Assembly (NCBI GenBank): GCA_963762865.1
Contig: CAVXNC010000001.1
Span: forward strand, 47,787 to 111,786
Length of the DNA: 64,000 nucleotides
DNA from: an uncultured Actinomycetota bacterium
GTDB lineage: Bacteria; Actinomycetota; Actinomycetes; JACCUZ01
Direction of reading: 5' to 3'
The position numbers and the translations under genes were made by a program. Below the pieces are notes generated by a model. That model was not told where the DNA came from. It worked only from the letters and a program-made list of their open reading frames with translations, and did not search any database. Positions within the stretch are counted from its first letter, which is position 1; each line of letters begins with the position of its first letter. Shown here one piece after another: positions 49,855 to 59,016 of this stretch.

Positions 49855-50461
49855 TCAGGCTGCGAGGGCCGGACCACCGCTGGCGCGGCGGCGCCAGAGG
49901 AAGAACCCGAGCGGCGACGAGAGCTCCCGAGACCGGAAGCAGGATCGCGATGGACGCCTCGGGAATGACCGGCGGCGACGAGATGTCGACGCACAGGATG
50001 TTGCTCTTGTCGGTGAAGCCGACCGCTGAGGCATCCGTTCCGGACACTGCTGCCCGGTCGCACACCGTGTCGTCCGGGCTCGCCTCGACGGTGAAGGTCG
50101 TCGTCCCCGACGAGCCGGTCCCGTCCGCGGTGAAGTCGACGTCCTTCTCGTCCGAGCCGACGAGCGTCTCGCCGTTGTAGGCGCCGTTGCCGTCGGAGTC
50201 GATCCAGATGCAGTCGCGGAGGCGGTACGAGCCGGGCGCCCGGTCGACGTAGACGGAGTACGTGAGCGTGTAGGTCCCGTCACCGTTGTCGACCAGGCTG
50301 ACAAGACTCTTGTCGGCCAGGTTCTCCTCGCCGGCCTGGCCGGACAGGACGCCGGCGCAGGACGTGGTGGAGTCCTCGGCGCTGGCGGGTCCCGCCAGCA
50401 GGGTGGCGCTGCCCAGGACCGTGGCAAGCACGGCCAGCAGCGCGATGAGCAGTCGTCTCAT
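49855..50461 (-). CDS. secreted PEP-CTERM-like exosortase cargo protein (signal peptide plus C-terminal PEA-TM-RRR sorting signal); the C-terminus needs a 1-nt frame change
   Basis: It has the signal peptide MRRLLIALLAVLATVLGSATLLAGPASA and a ~170-aa Thr/Gly/Asp-rich domain with 4 Cys. It then reads ...SSPPVIPEASIAILLPVSGALVAA. The adjacent frame supplies ...LGFFLWRRRASGGPALAA followed by a stop at 49855. Length is 607 nt, which is 1 mod 3. Confidence 0.5.
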
Positions 50462-50593
50462 CGAACCTCCTCAGTGTCGGCCGCGCCGGTGACTCGCAGC
50501 TATCGACCTGCAGCGACCACTTCGCGGTGTGTGTGACGGACTGTCCGCCGTGAGGAGGCGCGCGGACCATGCCCTGTTGGTACTGCCGGGACC

Positions 50594-50608
50594 AGTACGT
50601 ACTAGTAC
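50594..50608. promoter_or_regulatory. overlapping perfect palindromes AGTACGTACT / GTACTAGTAC in the AT-richer divergent intergenic region
   Basis: The sequence ccAGTACGTACTAGTACgaa lies 135-150 bp upstream of the cargo gene on the minus strand and about 160 bp upstream of the response-regulator gene on the plus strand. Confidence 0.3.
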
Positions 50609-50763
50609 GAACAACAACAGCCCGTCGTGACCGTTAGACGGATAGTGAAAGTTCGCATCTGTCCTGGTCAGGGCGGCTTTCTCGGGTGACACTGACGCAA
50701 CGCGTTCGGGTCAGGCATCGGCCCACGGGTACCAACGGGGGCCCATGGGGGGGTAAACCGAGC

Positions 50764-51382
50764 ATGAGACGCGCGACCGTCCGCTGTGTCGTCGCGGACG
50801 CTTCGCCGCTGGTCGTCGCCGGCCTGCGCACCGTCTTGGTCGAGCACGGGTTCGGCACGCCGGTCGCCGAGGCCGATCAGCCGCGACGCGCCGTCGAGGT
50901 GACCCGTCGGGTCAAGCCCGACATCCTCCTGTGCGGTCTCGGCCCGCTCGCCGCCACGTTCAGCATCGCCGAGCAGGTCGCCCCGGTCCCGGTCCTGGCG
51001 CTTGTCTGGACCTGCACCCGGTCGCGAGGCAGCGGAGGCCATCACCGCCGGAATCGGCGGACTGGCGCTCAAGGGCGCGCCGGTGCAGCACCTCGGTACG
51101 GCGATCGCCGCAGTGATGGGCGGAGCAACGCCTGTCCCACGGGCGGCGAGCTACGAGGCACCCGTCGAGCTCCGCGGCGTGCAGCGCCTCACGAGTCGCG
51201 AGGCCGCCGTCGTCGAGCTGGTGTCCAGCGGCCTGAGCAACACCCAGATCGCCGGCCGGCTGGGCATCGCGCCGCAGACCGTCAAGAACCACCTCCGCTC
51301 CGCGATGGGCAAGCTCGGCGCCCACAGCAGGGTCGAGGTGTGTCTCTGGACGGGCAAGCGGCCGGCCATGGAGCTCGCCTGA
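50764..51382 (+). pseudogene. NarL/LuxR-family response regulator (REC plus HTH) with an apparent frameshift near 50995-51005
   Basis: REC N-terminus MRRATVRCVVADASPLVVAGLRTVLVEHGF...DILLCGLGPLA...PVPVLAL is in ORF 50686..51390. REC C-terminus plus the LuxR HTH (...AITAGIGGLALKGAP...LTSREAAVVELVSSGLSNTQIAGRLGIAPQTVKNHLRSAMGKLGA) is in ORF 51002..51382. Length is 619 nt, which is 1 mod 3. Confidence 0.65.
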
Positions 51383-51453
51383 CAGCCTGATCAACCATCT
51401 CGGATCGCGGGCGAAACGCGTCGGGCCGGACGTGAGCGACCTATCGTCGAGCC

Positions 51454-54240
51454 GTGGTGGGTGTCGACGAGCAGGCTGCGTCTCGCGGGAGCGAGCAAGC
51501 AGCGTTGCGCGAGAGCGAGCAGGCGGCGTTGCGCGCCGACGTGCGCCGCCTCGGCAACCTGCTCGGCGAGAGCCTGGTGCGCCAGGAGGGTCCCGAGCTC
51601 CTGGCGCTCGTCGAGGAGGTCCGGCACCTCAGCCGTGGCGACGTACCGGCTGGCGCGCAGCAGGGGGCAGGCCGTGGCGACCTGGCCGCACTCCTGGAGG
51701 GGGTCGACACCGCGACCGCGGCGCTGCTGGTGCGGGCGTTCGGGACCTACTTCCACCTGGCCAACGTGACCGAGCAGGTCCACCGGGCCCGGGCCATGCG
51801 CGACGAGCGGCGACTCAAGGGCGGCTGGCTGGCGCAGACCGCCGAACGCGTCCGCGCGGCCGGACTGCCCGCCGACGAGGTGGCCGACCTGGTGGCCCGC
51901 CTCGCCGTGCGGCCGGTCTTCACGGCGCACCCGACCGAGGCGGCCCGCCGGTCGATCCTGTCGAAGCGGCGGCGGGTCGCCGAGCTGCTCGACGCTCCCG
52001 ACGACCCGCGGATCGACCGGCGGCTCGCCGAGGTCATCGACCTGCTCTGGCAGACCGCCGAGCTCCGCCTCGACCGGCCCGAGCCGCTCGACGAGGCGCG
52101 CAACGCCGCCTACTACCTCGACGAGCTGATGCTGCACACCGTCGGCGACGTGCTCGAGGACCTGGCCGACGAGCTGACCGGCCTCGGTGTGGACCTGCCG
52201 GCGACCGCGCGGCCGCTGCGCTTCGGCAGCTGGATAGGCGGCGACCGCGACGGCAACCCCAACGTCACACCCGACGTGACCCGTGACGTCCTGGTCCTGC
52301 AGCACGGCCACGCCATCCGCGACCTCCAGCAGGTCGTGACCGAGCTCCTCGAGGACCTGTCGTCGTCGCAGCGCATGATCGGCGCGAGCGACGCGCTGGT
52401 GGCCAGCATCGAGGCGGACCTGGCCGCGCTCCCCGAGCTGGACCCGAGGGTGCGCCGGATCAACGCGGACGAGCCCTACCGGCTCAAGGGCCGCTGCATC
52501 GGGCTGAAGCTGGAGAACACCCGGGTGCGCATCGCGGCCGGCGCCGAGCACCGGCCGGGTCGCGACTACCTCGGCAGCGAGTCACTCCTCGACGACCTGC
52601 TGGTGATGCGCGACTCGCTGGCCGAGCACAAGGGCCAGCTGCCGGCGACCGGCCGCCTGGACCGGGTGATCCGCGTGGTCGCCGCCTTCGGCCTGCACCT
52701 TGCCACCCTCGATGTCCGCGAGCACGCCGACGCGCACCACCACGCGCTGGCGCAGCTCTTCGACCGGCTCGGCGAGCTGTCGTGGCGCTACGCCGACCTG
52801 CCGCGCGGCGACCGCTTCGCGCTGCTCGGCCGCGAGCTCGCCAGCCGGCGTCCGCTGGGCTCCGGACCGGCGCAGCTCGACGACGCCGGTGCCCGCACGC
52901 TCGAGGTCTTCACGACCGTGCGCGACGCGATGGACACCTTCGGGCCGGAGGTGTGCGAGAGCTACATCGTGTCGATGACCCGGGGCGCCGACGACGTGCT
53001 GGCCGCGGTGGTCCTGGCGCGCGAGGCCGGGCTCGTCGACGTGCACCGCGACGTCGCGCACATCGGCTTCGTGCCGCTGCTGGAGACGGTCGGGGAGCTG
53101 CGGGAGGCCGGCCGGGTGCTCGACGAGCTGCTCTCCGACCCGTCCTACCGGCGGCTGGTGGCCGCGCGGGGCGACGTGCAGGAGGTGATGCTCGGCTACT
53201 CCGACTCCAACAAGGAGGCCGGGATCACGACGTCCCAGTGGGAGATCCACCGGGCCCAGCGACAGCTGCGCGACGTGGCCGGGTCCCACGGCGTACGCCT
53301 GCGCCTCTTCCACGGCCGAGGCGGGACGATCGGCCGCGGCGGCGGGCCGACGCACGACGCGATCCTCGCCCAGCCGTGGGGCACCCTCGACGGCGAGCTC
53401 AAGGTGACCGAGCAGGGCGAGGTGATCTCGGACAAGTACTCGCTGCCGGCGCTCGCCCGCGAGAACCTCGAGCTGACGCTCGCGGCCACCCTCGAGGCGA
53501 CGCTGCTGCACCGCGAGCCACGGACGACCGGAGACGCGCTCCGGCGCTACGACGACGTCATGGACAGCCTGTCGTCGGCGGCGCAGGACGCCTACCGCGG
53601 GCTGGTGGAGCACCCCGACCTGCCGGCCTACTTCGTGCAGTCGACCCCGGTGGAGCTGCTGACCGACCTCAACATCGGGTCGCGCCCGTCGCGCCGGCCG
53701 GACAGCGGGACCGGGCTGTCCGGCCTGCGGGCGATCCCGTGGGTCTTCGGCTGGACCCAGTCCCGCCAGGTGGTGCCGGGGTGGTTCGGTGTCGGGTCCG
53801 GCCTGGCCGCCGTCCGCGCTGCCGGGCTCGGCGACACCCTCGACGAGATGTACGACGGCTGGCACTTCTTCCGGACGTTCCTGTCCAACGTCTCGATGAC
53901 CCTGGCCAAGACCGACCTGCGCATCGCCGGCCACTACGTCGACACCCTGGTCGACCCGGACCTGCGGCACGTGTTCGACCTGGTGCGCCAGGAGCACGAC
54001 GTGACGATCCGCGAGGTGCTCGCCGTGACCCGCGAGGGCTCGCTGCTCGGGTCCAACCCTCTGCTGGCGCGGACCCTCCAGGTCCGCGACGCCTACCTGG
54101 ACCCGATCAGCTACCTGCAGGTGTCCCTGCTGCGCCGCTGGCGAGCCGGCGCCGCGACGGCGGAGCCGGACCCGCGGGTGCGCCAGGCCCTGCTGCTGAC
54201 CGTCAACGGCATCGCCGCCGGCCTCCGCAACACCGGCTGA
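51454..54240 (+). CDS. ppc: phosphoenolpyruvate carboxylase
   Basis: 928 aa. It has the VFTAHPTE motif, the Gly-rich [14 protein letters not shown] loop, and the canonical C-terminus ...GLRNTG. It is intact. Confidence 0.95.
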   Translation: MVGVDEQAASRGSEQAALRESEQAALRADVRRLGNLLGESLVRQEGPELLALVEEVRHLSRGDVPAGAQQGAGRGDLAALLEGVDTATAALLVRAFGTYFHLANVTEQVHRARAMRDERRLKGGWLAQTAERVRAAGLPADEVADLVARLAVRPVFTAHPTEAARRSILSKRRRVAELLDAPDDPRIDRRLAEVIDLLWQTAELRLDRPEPLDEARNAAYYLDELMLHTVGDVLEDLADELTGLGVDLPATARPLRFGSWIGGDRDGNPNVTPDVTRDVLVLQHGHAIRDLQQVVTELLEDLSSSQRMIGASDALVASIEADLAALPELDPRVRRINADEPYRLKGRCIGLKLENTRVRIAAGAEHRPGRDYLGSESLLDDLLVMRDSLAEHKGQLPATGRLDRVIRVVAAFGLHLATLDVREHADAHHHALAQLFDRLGELSWRYADLPRGDRFALLGRELASRRPLGSGPAQLDDAGARTLEVFTTVRDAMDTFGPEVCESYIVSMTRGADDVLAAVVLAREAGLVDVHRDVAHIGFVPLLETVGELREAGRVLDELLSDPSYRRLVAARGDVQEVMLGYSDSNKEAGITTSQWEIHRAQRQLRDVAGSHGVRLRLFHGRGGTIGRGGGPTHDAILAQPWGTLDGELKVTEQGEVISDKYSLPALARENLELTLAATLEATLLHREPRTTGDALRRYDDVMDSLSSAAQDAYRGLVEHPDLPAYFVQSTPVELLTDLNIGSRPSRRPDSGTGLSGLRAIPWVFGWTQSRQVVPGWFGVGSGLAAVRAAGLGDTLDEMYDGWHFFRTFLSNVSMTLAKTDLRIAGHYVDTLVDPDLRHVFDLVRQEHDVTIREVLAVTREGSLLGSNPLLARTLQVRDAYLDPISYLQVSLLRRWRAGAATAEPDPRVRQALLLTVNGIAAGLRNTG

Positions 54241-54266
54241 CGCCGACGGCGGCGTGAACGCACGCG

Positions 54267-54563
54267 TCAGCCGGTGAGCACCGGGGTGGCGGGCAGTCCC
54301 AGCGGCCGCTCGGCGAACGCCTGCGCGTCGGCCACCGGGTAGCAGAGGTTCTCGCTGGAGTCTCCGAGGGTGGTGTCGACCCAGTCCTGGACGGCCTGGA
54401 CGGAGTCCGACTCCCAGAGACACGTCACCTTCGACTGGTCCTGGCTCGGGTAGAACTGCAGGACCTGCACACCTGCCGGGGCACCGTCCCCCGAGATGAG
54501 CCGCTGCCCGCGCTGGAACGCGGTGTCCGGGTTCTTGATCTGGTGCTGCACGACGACGTACAT
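54267..54563 (-). CDS. small hypothetical protein (about 98 aa, possibly an ABM/Dabb-like alpha+beta fold)
   Basis: A perfect AGGAGG ribosome-binding site lies 8 nt upstream of the ATG. The local GC is lower than that of the surroundings. It lies downstream of the large LuxR regulator on the same strand. Confidence 0.5.
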   Translation of the reverse strand: MYVVVQHQIKNPDTAFQRGQRLISGDGAPAGVQVLQFYPSQDQSKVTCLWESDSVQAVQDWVDTTLGDSSENLCYPVADAQAFAERPLGLPATPVLTG

Positions 54564-54702
54564 GGCTCGGCCTCCTGTTGCGACGAATGGTGCGACGAAA
54601 GGGTGCTTCGCACGCTAGGTGGGTCACCGAGGTCGACGCCTCGCTCGGATCAACCATCTTCGCCGGCTGCCGATGGTGCCTCCTGACCACACGGCGCCGG
54701 GG

Positions 54703-56355
54703 TCAGACCAGGTGGTGCTCGTAGGCGAAGGCACCGGCGGCGGTCCGCGACTGAACGCCCACCTTGGCGAAGATGTTCTGAAGGTGCCGGGCCACGGTGT
54801 GCTCGCTCAGGACGAGCGCCGCCGCGATCTCCCGGTTGCTCTTCCCGGTGGCGACGAGACGGAGCACCTCGCACTCGCGGGGGCTGAGACCGTGCACCCG
54901 GGGAGCCGCCCGCGGGGGAAGGAGGGCGGCCACTTCGGCGAGGTCGGTCTGCGCGCCCAGACCGGCGAAGACCTCCGTCGCGGCTTCCAGCTCGAGCGCC
55001 GCCGTGTCGTCGTCACCGACGAGACTGCAGGCCCGGCCGATCAGCCATCGACACCGCGCCGCGTCGTACGGTGCCTCGAGCTGCTGCCAGGCGGTCAGCG
55101 CACGGCGGAGCTCGACGAGCGATGTCGTGAGGTCTCCCTCGGCAAGTGCGAGTGCGCCCCGCGCCTGCCACGACATCGCGTCGATCGCCTCGCTCGCCTG
55201 CCGGCCGGCGATCTCCGCCAGCTCGCGGCAGCCGCCTGCTGCGGCGTCGATGTCGCCCACCGCCAGCATGATCTCCACGTAGGCCGGCAGCAGTGACACC
55301 CGCGGCAGTCCGCGGGACGCCTCGGCCACGGCACGGCGGATGGTCGCGGCGGCCGAGTCCGATCTCCCCTGGGCGAGGCGCACCTTGGCCAGGCCGGGCT
55401 GCGGTTCGCGCCCTAGGGCGCTCGCCGTCCGGTACGACGCCTCCGCGAGCTCGAGCTCACCTCGAAGTCGGTGCACCTCCCCCTCGAGGTAGGCCGCGTC
55501 ACCACCGGCCCGCTGGTTCAAGGCCCCTCGCCGCAGCTCGTCGCCGAGCAGTCGCAGCTCCACGAGCGCGTCGTCCCAGGCTCCGCCGAACGTCATGATC
55601 TCGGCTCGGTGCACCAGGCAGACGCCCGTGTGGGCCACCATGTCGGGCTGCCGAGCGCACCACCGTGTCAGAGCGGTGGTCCACTCCCGCACTCGGCGCA
55701 GCTCGTAGACGCTCCGGCAGAACGCGATCGTGTTGCAGTAGACGATCCCCGCGACGATCGGTGATGTCTCTCCGGACGTGACCGACACCATCGTCTCGTC
55801 GATGAGCCGCGTCCCCTCGGCCGACCGGCCCAACCGGACCAGGGCGTGGCCCTGTTCCATCATGCCGATGGCGACCAGGTCGCGGTCGCCGAACCGCTCG
55901 CCGATGTCGAGCACCTCTGTCGCCACGGCGAGCGAGCCCTGTGCGTCACCCTTGACCAGGTGCTCGAGCATCTCCGAGATCTTCACGTAGCCGCGCTCGA
56001 CGACGTCGCCTTGCTCGCGGTCCATCCACCGCTGGGCTCGCGCGAACCAGCCGGAGGCCGGGCCCAGCTGTCCGCGAAAGAGCCAGCTGTGCCCGATCCA
56101 GAAGGCACACCTGACCGCCGGCAGGTGCTCCCCGACCTCGAGGTAGGCGCGATAGGCACCTTCGAGGGCAGTCACGTAGTCGTCGTCATGCCCGAGCATG
56201 TAGGCCGCGCGCCCGAGCAGCTCGAGGTCGGAAGCCCCGAGGGGGGTCTCCTCGTGCGCCGCGGTCAGTGCCTCGTAGGCATCCCGCCAGGCGGCCTCGC
56301 GGAAGGAACGGCGCCCGCGCGCCAGGTCTGGGACGGCAGCCACGGACCCTCCCAT
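54703..56355 (-). CDS. LuxR-family transcriptional regulator with TPR-like helical repeats (MalT C-terminal-like, no ATPase domain)
   Basis: 550 aa. The C-terminal [47 protein letters not shown] is preceded by about 450 aa of alpha-helical repeats. Confidence 0.8.
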   Translation of the reverse strand: MGGSVAAVPDLARGRRSFREAAWRDAYEALTAAHEETPLGASDLELLGRAAYMLGHDDDYVTALEGAYRAYLEVGEHLPAVRCAFWIGHSWLFRGQLGPASGWFARAQRWMDREQGDVVERGYVKISEMLEHLVKGDAQGSLAVATEVLDIGERFGDRDLVAIGMMEQGHALVRLGRSAEGTRLIDETMVSVTSGETSPIVAGIVYCNTIAFCRSVYELRRVREWTTALTRWCARQPDMVAHTGVCLVHRAEIMTFGGAWDDALVELRLLGDELRRGALNQRAGGDAAYLEGEVHRLRGELELAEASYRTASALGREPQPGLAKVRLAQGRSDSAAATIRRAVAEASRGLPRVSLLPAYVEIMLAVGDIDAAAGGCRELAEIAGRQASEAIDAMSWQARGALALAEGDLTTSLVELRRALTAWQQLEAPYDAARCRWLIGRACSLVGDDDTAALELEAATEVFAGLGAQTDLAEVAALLPPRAAPRVHGLSPRECEVLRLVATGKSNREIAAALVLSEHTVARHLQNIFAKVGVQSRTAAGAFAYEHHLV

Positions 56356-56412
56356 CGCCGAGGACGCACTCGGCCAGCGGGAACCGACGCGGCCATCATG
56401 GCACCGGGGTGG

Positions 56413-57000
56413 TCAGGTGTTGAAGGTGTTCTGGGCCCGCTCGAGACCCTGGGTGACCAGCGCCTCGACGGCGTCGGCGGCCCGGTCGACCTCGTAGTCC
56501 AGCTCCTTGCGCTCCGCGCCGCTGAAGTCGCGCAGCACGAAGGTCGCCGGGTCCATCCGGCCTGGCGGGCGGCCGATGCCGATGCGCACCCGGTTGAACT
56601 CCCCGGACCCGAGCGAGCGGCGGATCGCCTTCAGCCCGTTGTGACCGTTGTCGCCGCCCCCGAGCTTGAGCCGCAGCCCGTTGAACGGCAGGTCCAGCTC
56701 GTCGTGGACGACGACCATCCGGTCGAGGGGCACCTTGAAGAAGTCGAGGAGCGCCGAGACCGGGCCGCCGGAGTCGTTCATGTAGGACCGCGGCTTGGCG
56801 AGTACCACCCGCGAGCCGCCGAGGCGGCCCTCGACGATCTCGGCGCGCGTCTTGTGGGCCTTGAAGCGCCCCGACATGCGGCCGGCCAGCAGGTCGACGA
56901 CCTGGAAGCCGACGTTGTGCCGGTTGCCGGCGTAGGCCGGGCCGGGGTTGCCGAGGCCGACGACCAGCCAGGCGCCGGTGTCGGAGGCGTCGTCCTGACC
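56413..57000 (-). CDS. pth: peptidyl-tRNA hydrolase; no canonical in-frame start found
   Basis: ...[42 protein letters not shown]...[12 protein letters not shown]...RIGIGRPPG is continuous. No ATG or GTG occurs in frame between the rplY stop (57045) and the LVVGLGNPG motif; only CTG codons do. Confidence 0.75.
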   Translation of the reverse strand, partial: GQDDASDTGAWLVVGLGNPGPAYAGNRHNVGFQVVDLLAGRMSGRFKAHKTRAEIVEGRLGGSRVVLAKPRSYMNDSGGPVSALLDFFKVPLDRMVVVHDELDLPFNGLRLKLGGGDNGHNGLKAIRRSLGSGEFNRVRIGIGRPPGRMDPATFVLRDFSGAERKELDYEVDRAADAVEALVTQGLERAQNTFNT

Positions 57001-57044
57001 GCCCGCCGGCGCGCTGGCGCGCGACCGGCGGGGACGCAGCAGGC

Positions 57045-57761
57045 TCAGCTGTCGGCCTTGTCGCCCTCGGCCGACGCGCCCTCGGCACCCTCGGCGGACT
57101 CGCCCTCGCCACCAGCGCCCTCGGCGGCAGCCTCGGCCTCGGCGGCCTGCTCCTCCTCGGTGGGCTCGTGGACGATGCCGACCTCGGCCTCGGCCTCGGC
57201 GAGCTCGGCCTCGAGCTGCTCGGCGGTCGGGGCGGCGGTCACGTTGATGACCAGCGCGTTCGGGTCGGTCACCAGGGTGACGCCGGACGGCAGCGAGACG
57301 TCCTTGGCGTGGATCTGGTCACCGACGCCCAGGCCGTCGACCGAGACGTCGACGCCGGTCGGGATGTTGGTGGCCTCGGCCTCGACCGACAGGGTCGTGG
57401 TGTCGAGGTTGACCAGCGTCTCGGGAACGGCGTCACCGATGACGTGGATCGCGATCTCGACCGTGACCTTCTCACCGCGACGGACCACGACGAGGTCGAC
57501 GTGCTCGAGGAAGCCCTTGATCGGGTCGCGCTGGACGTCCTTGGGGAGAGCGAGCTGGTCCTTGCCCTCGATGTCGAGGGTGAGCAGCACGTTGGCGGTC
57601 TTGAGGGCGAGCATCAGCTCGTGGCCAGGCAGCGAGATGTGCCGCGGCTCCGTGCCGTGCCCGTAGAGGACGGCCGGGACCTTGTCGTCCCGGCGGATGC
57701 GGCGGGCGGCGCCCTTGCCGAACTCGGTGCGCGACTCGGCGACGATACGGACCTCGGACAC
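57045..57761 (-). CDS. rplY: 50S ribosomal protein L25 / general stress protein Ctc
   Basis: 238 aa. It has [36 protein letters not shown] and an acidic Ala/Glu-rich C-terminal tail. Confidence 0.9.
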   Translation of the reverse strand: MSEVRIVAESRTEFGKGAARRIRRDDKVPAVLYGHGTEPRHISLPGHELMLALKTANVLLTLDIEGKDQLALPKDVQRDPIKGFLEHVDLVVVRRGEKVTVEIAIHVIGDAVPETLVNLDTTTLSVEAEATNIPTGVDVSVDGLGVGDQIHAKDVSLPSGVTLVTDPNALVINVTAAPTAEQLEAELAEAEAEVGIVHEPTEEEQAAEAEAAAEGAGGEGESAEGAEGASAEGDKADS

Positions 57762-57858
57762 GGCGACTGACTCCTCGGGACGGCTTCGGGTGCTGCGGTG
57801 GTCGGCGCACGGCGGGGCGGCTCGAGACCACCGCGTCGATCACGGAGGCCTGTGGCCA

Positions 57859-57887
57859 CTGTCAGGACAGGTTCCCTGTCGGGACAG
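57859..57887. promoter_or_regulatory. two adjacent 12-bp palindromes CTGTCagGACAG and CTGTCggGACAG in the prs-rplY intergenic region
   Basis: The sequence ccaCTGTCAGGACAGgttccCTGTCGGGACAGcgg lies about 100 bp upstream of the rplY start and about 150 bp downstream of the prs stop. It may be an operator or small terminator hairpins. Confidence 0.3.
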
Positions 57888-58035
57888 CGGTCCGGGCTTC
57901 CCTCGCCGGGCAACTGCGGCAGTCTAGCCGCGCTCGCGGGCCGGGCCCAAACCGGTGGTACGTCCGGCTGCTGGGTCGCTCGTCACACCGTGTTCAGCAG
58001 CTGGTCGACCGGCCTTCCGGCGCCGGCGCCCTTGG

Positions 58036-59016
58036 TCAGCTGTGGCCGTCGAACAGGCTGGTGACCGAGCCGTCGTCGAACACCTCGCGGATGCCGCGGG
58101 CGATGAGCGGCGCGATCGAGAGGACGGTCAGCTTGTCGAAGCGCTGCTCCTCGTTGATCGGCAGCGTGTCGGTGACGACGATCTCGCTGATCCGGGAGTT
58201 CTTCAGCCGGTCGACGGCCGGGTCGGAGAGGACGGCGTGCGTCGCGGCCACGATCACGTCGGCGGCGCCGGCCTCGAAGAGCGCCTCGGCCGCCTTGGTG
58301 ATCGTGCCGCCGGTGTCGATCATGTCGTCCTGCAGGATGCAGGTCTTGCCGGCGACCTCACCGACGACCCGGTTGGCCTTGGCCTCGTTCGGCACCAGCG
58401 GGTCGCGGGTCTTGTGGATGAACGCGATCGGCGCGCCGCCGAGGGTCTCCGACCAGCGCTCGGCGAGCCGCAGGCGTCCCGAGTCGGGGGAGACCACGGC
58501 GACGTTCTTGCGGTCGACCCGCCGGTTGACGTGCGACGCGAGCAGCGGCAGCGCGAAGAGGTGGTCGACCGGGCCGTCGAAGAAGCCCTGGATCTGCGCG
58601 GTGTGCAGGTCGACCGCCATCAGCCGGTCGGCACCGGCCGCCTTGAAGAAGTCGGCCATCAGGCGCGCGCTGATCGGCTCGCGGCCACGATGCTTCTTGT
58701 CCTGCCGGGCGTACCCGTAGAACGGGGTGACCACGGTGATGCGCTTCGCCGACGCGCGCTTGAGCGCGTCGGTCATGATGAACTGCTCCATCAGCCACTT
58801 GTTCAGCGGGAACGGGTGGCTCTGGATGACGAAGGCGTCGCAGCCGCGGACCGACTCCTTGTAGCGGACGAAGATCTCGCCGTTGGCGAAGTCGTAGGCA
58901 GTCGTCGGTGTCAGCTCGATGCCGAGCTCCTCCGCCACCGCCTCGGCGAGCTCGGGGTGAGCCCGGCCGGAGAAGAGCATCAGCTTCTTCTCCCCCGTGG
59001 TCTTGATGAAGCTCAT
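58036..59016 (-). CDS. prs: ribose-phosphate pyrophosphokinase
   Basis: 326 aa. It has the PRPP-binding loop DLHTAQIQGFFDGPVDHL and the ...VATHAVL motif. Confidence 0.95.
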   Translation of the reverse strand: MSFIKTTGEKKLMLFSGRAHPELAEAVAEELGIELTPTTAYDFANGEIFVRYKESVRGCDAFVIQSHPFPLNKWLMEQFIMTDALKRASAKRITVVTPFYGYARQDKKHRGREPISARLMADFFKAAGADRLMAVDLHTAQIQGFFDGPVDHLFALPLLASHVNRRVDRKNVAVVSPDSGRLRLAERWSETLGGAPIAFIHKTRDPLVPNEAKANRVVGEVAGKTCILQDDMIDTGGTITKAAEALFEAGAADVIVAATHAVLSDPAVDRLKNSRISEIVVTDTLPINEEQRFDKLTVLSIAPLIARGIREVFDDGSVTSLFDGHS

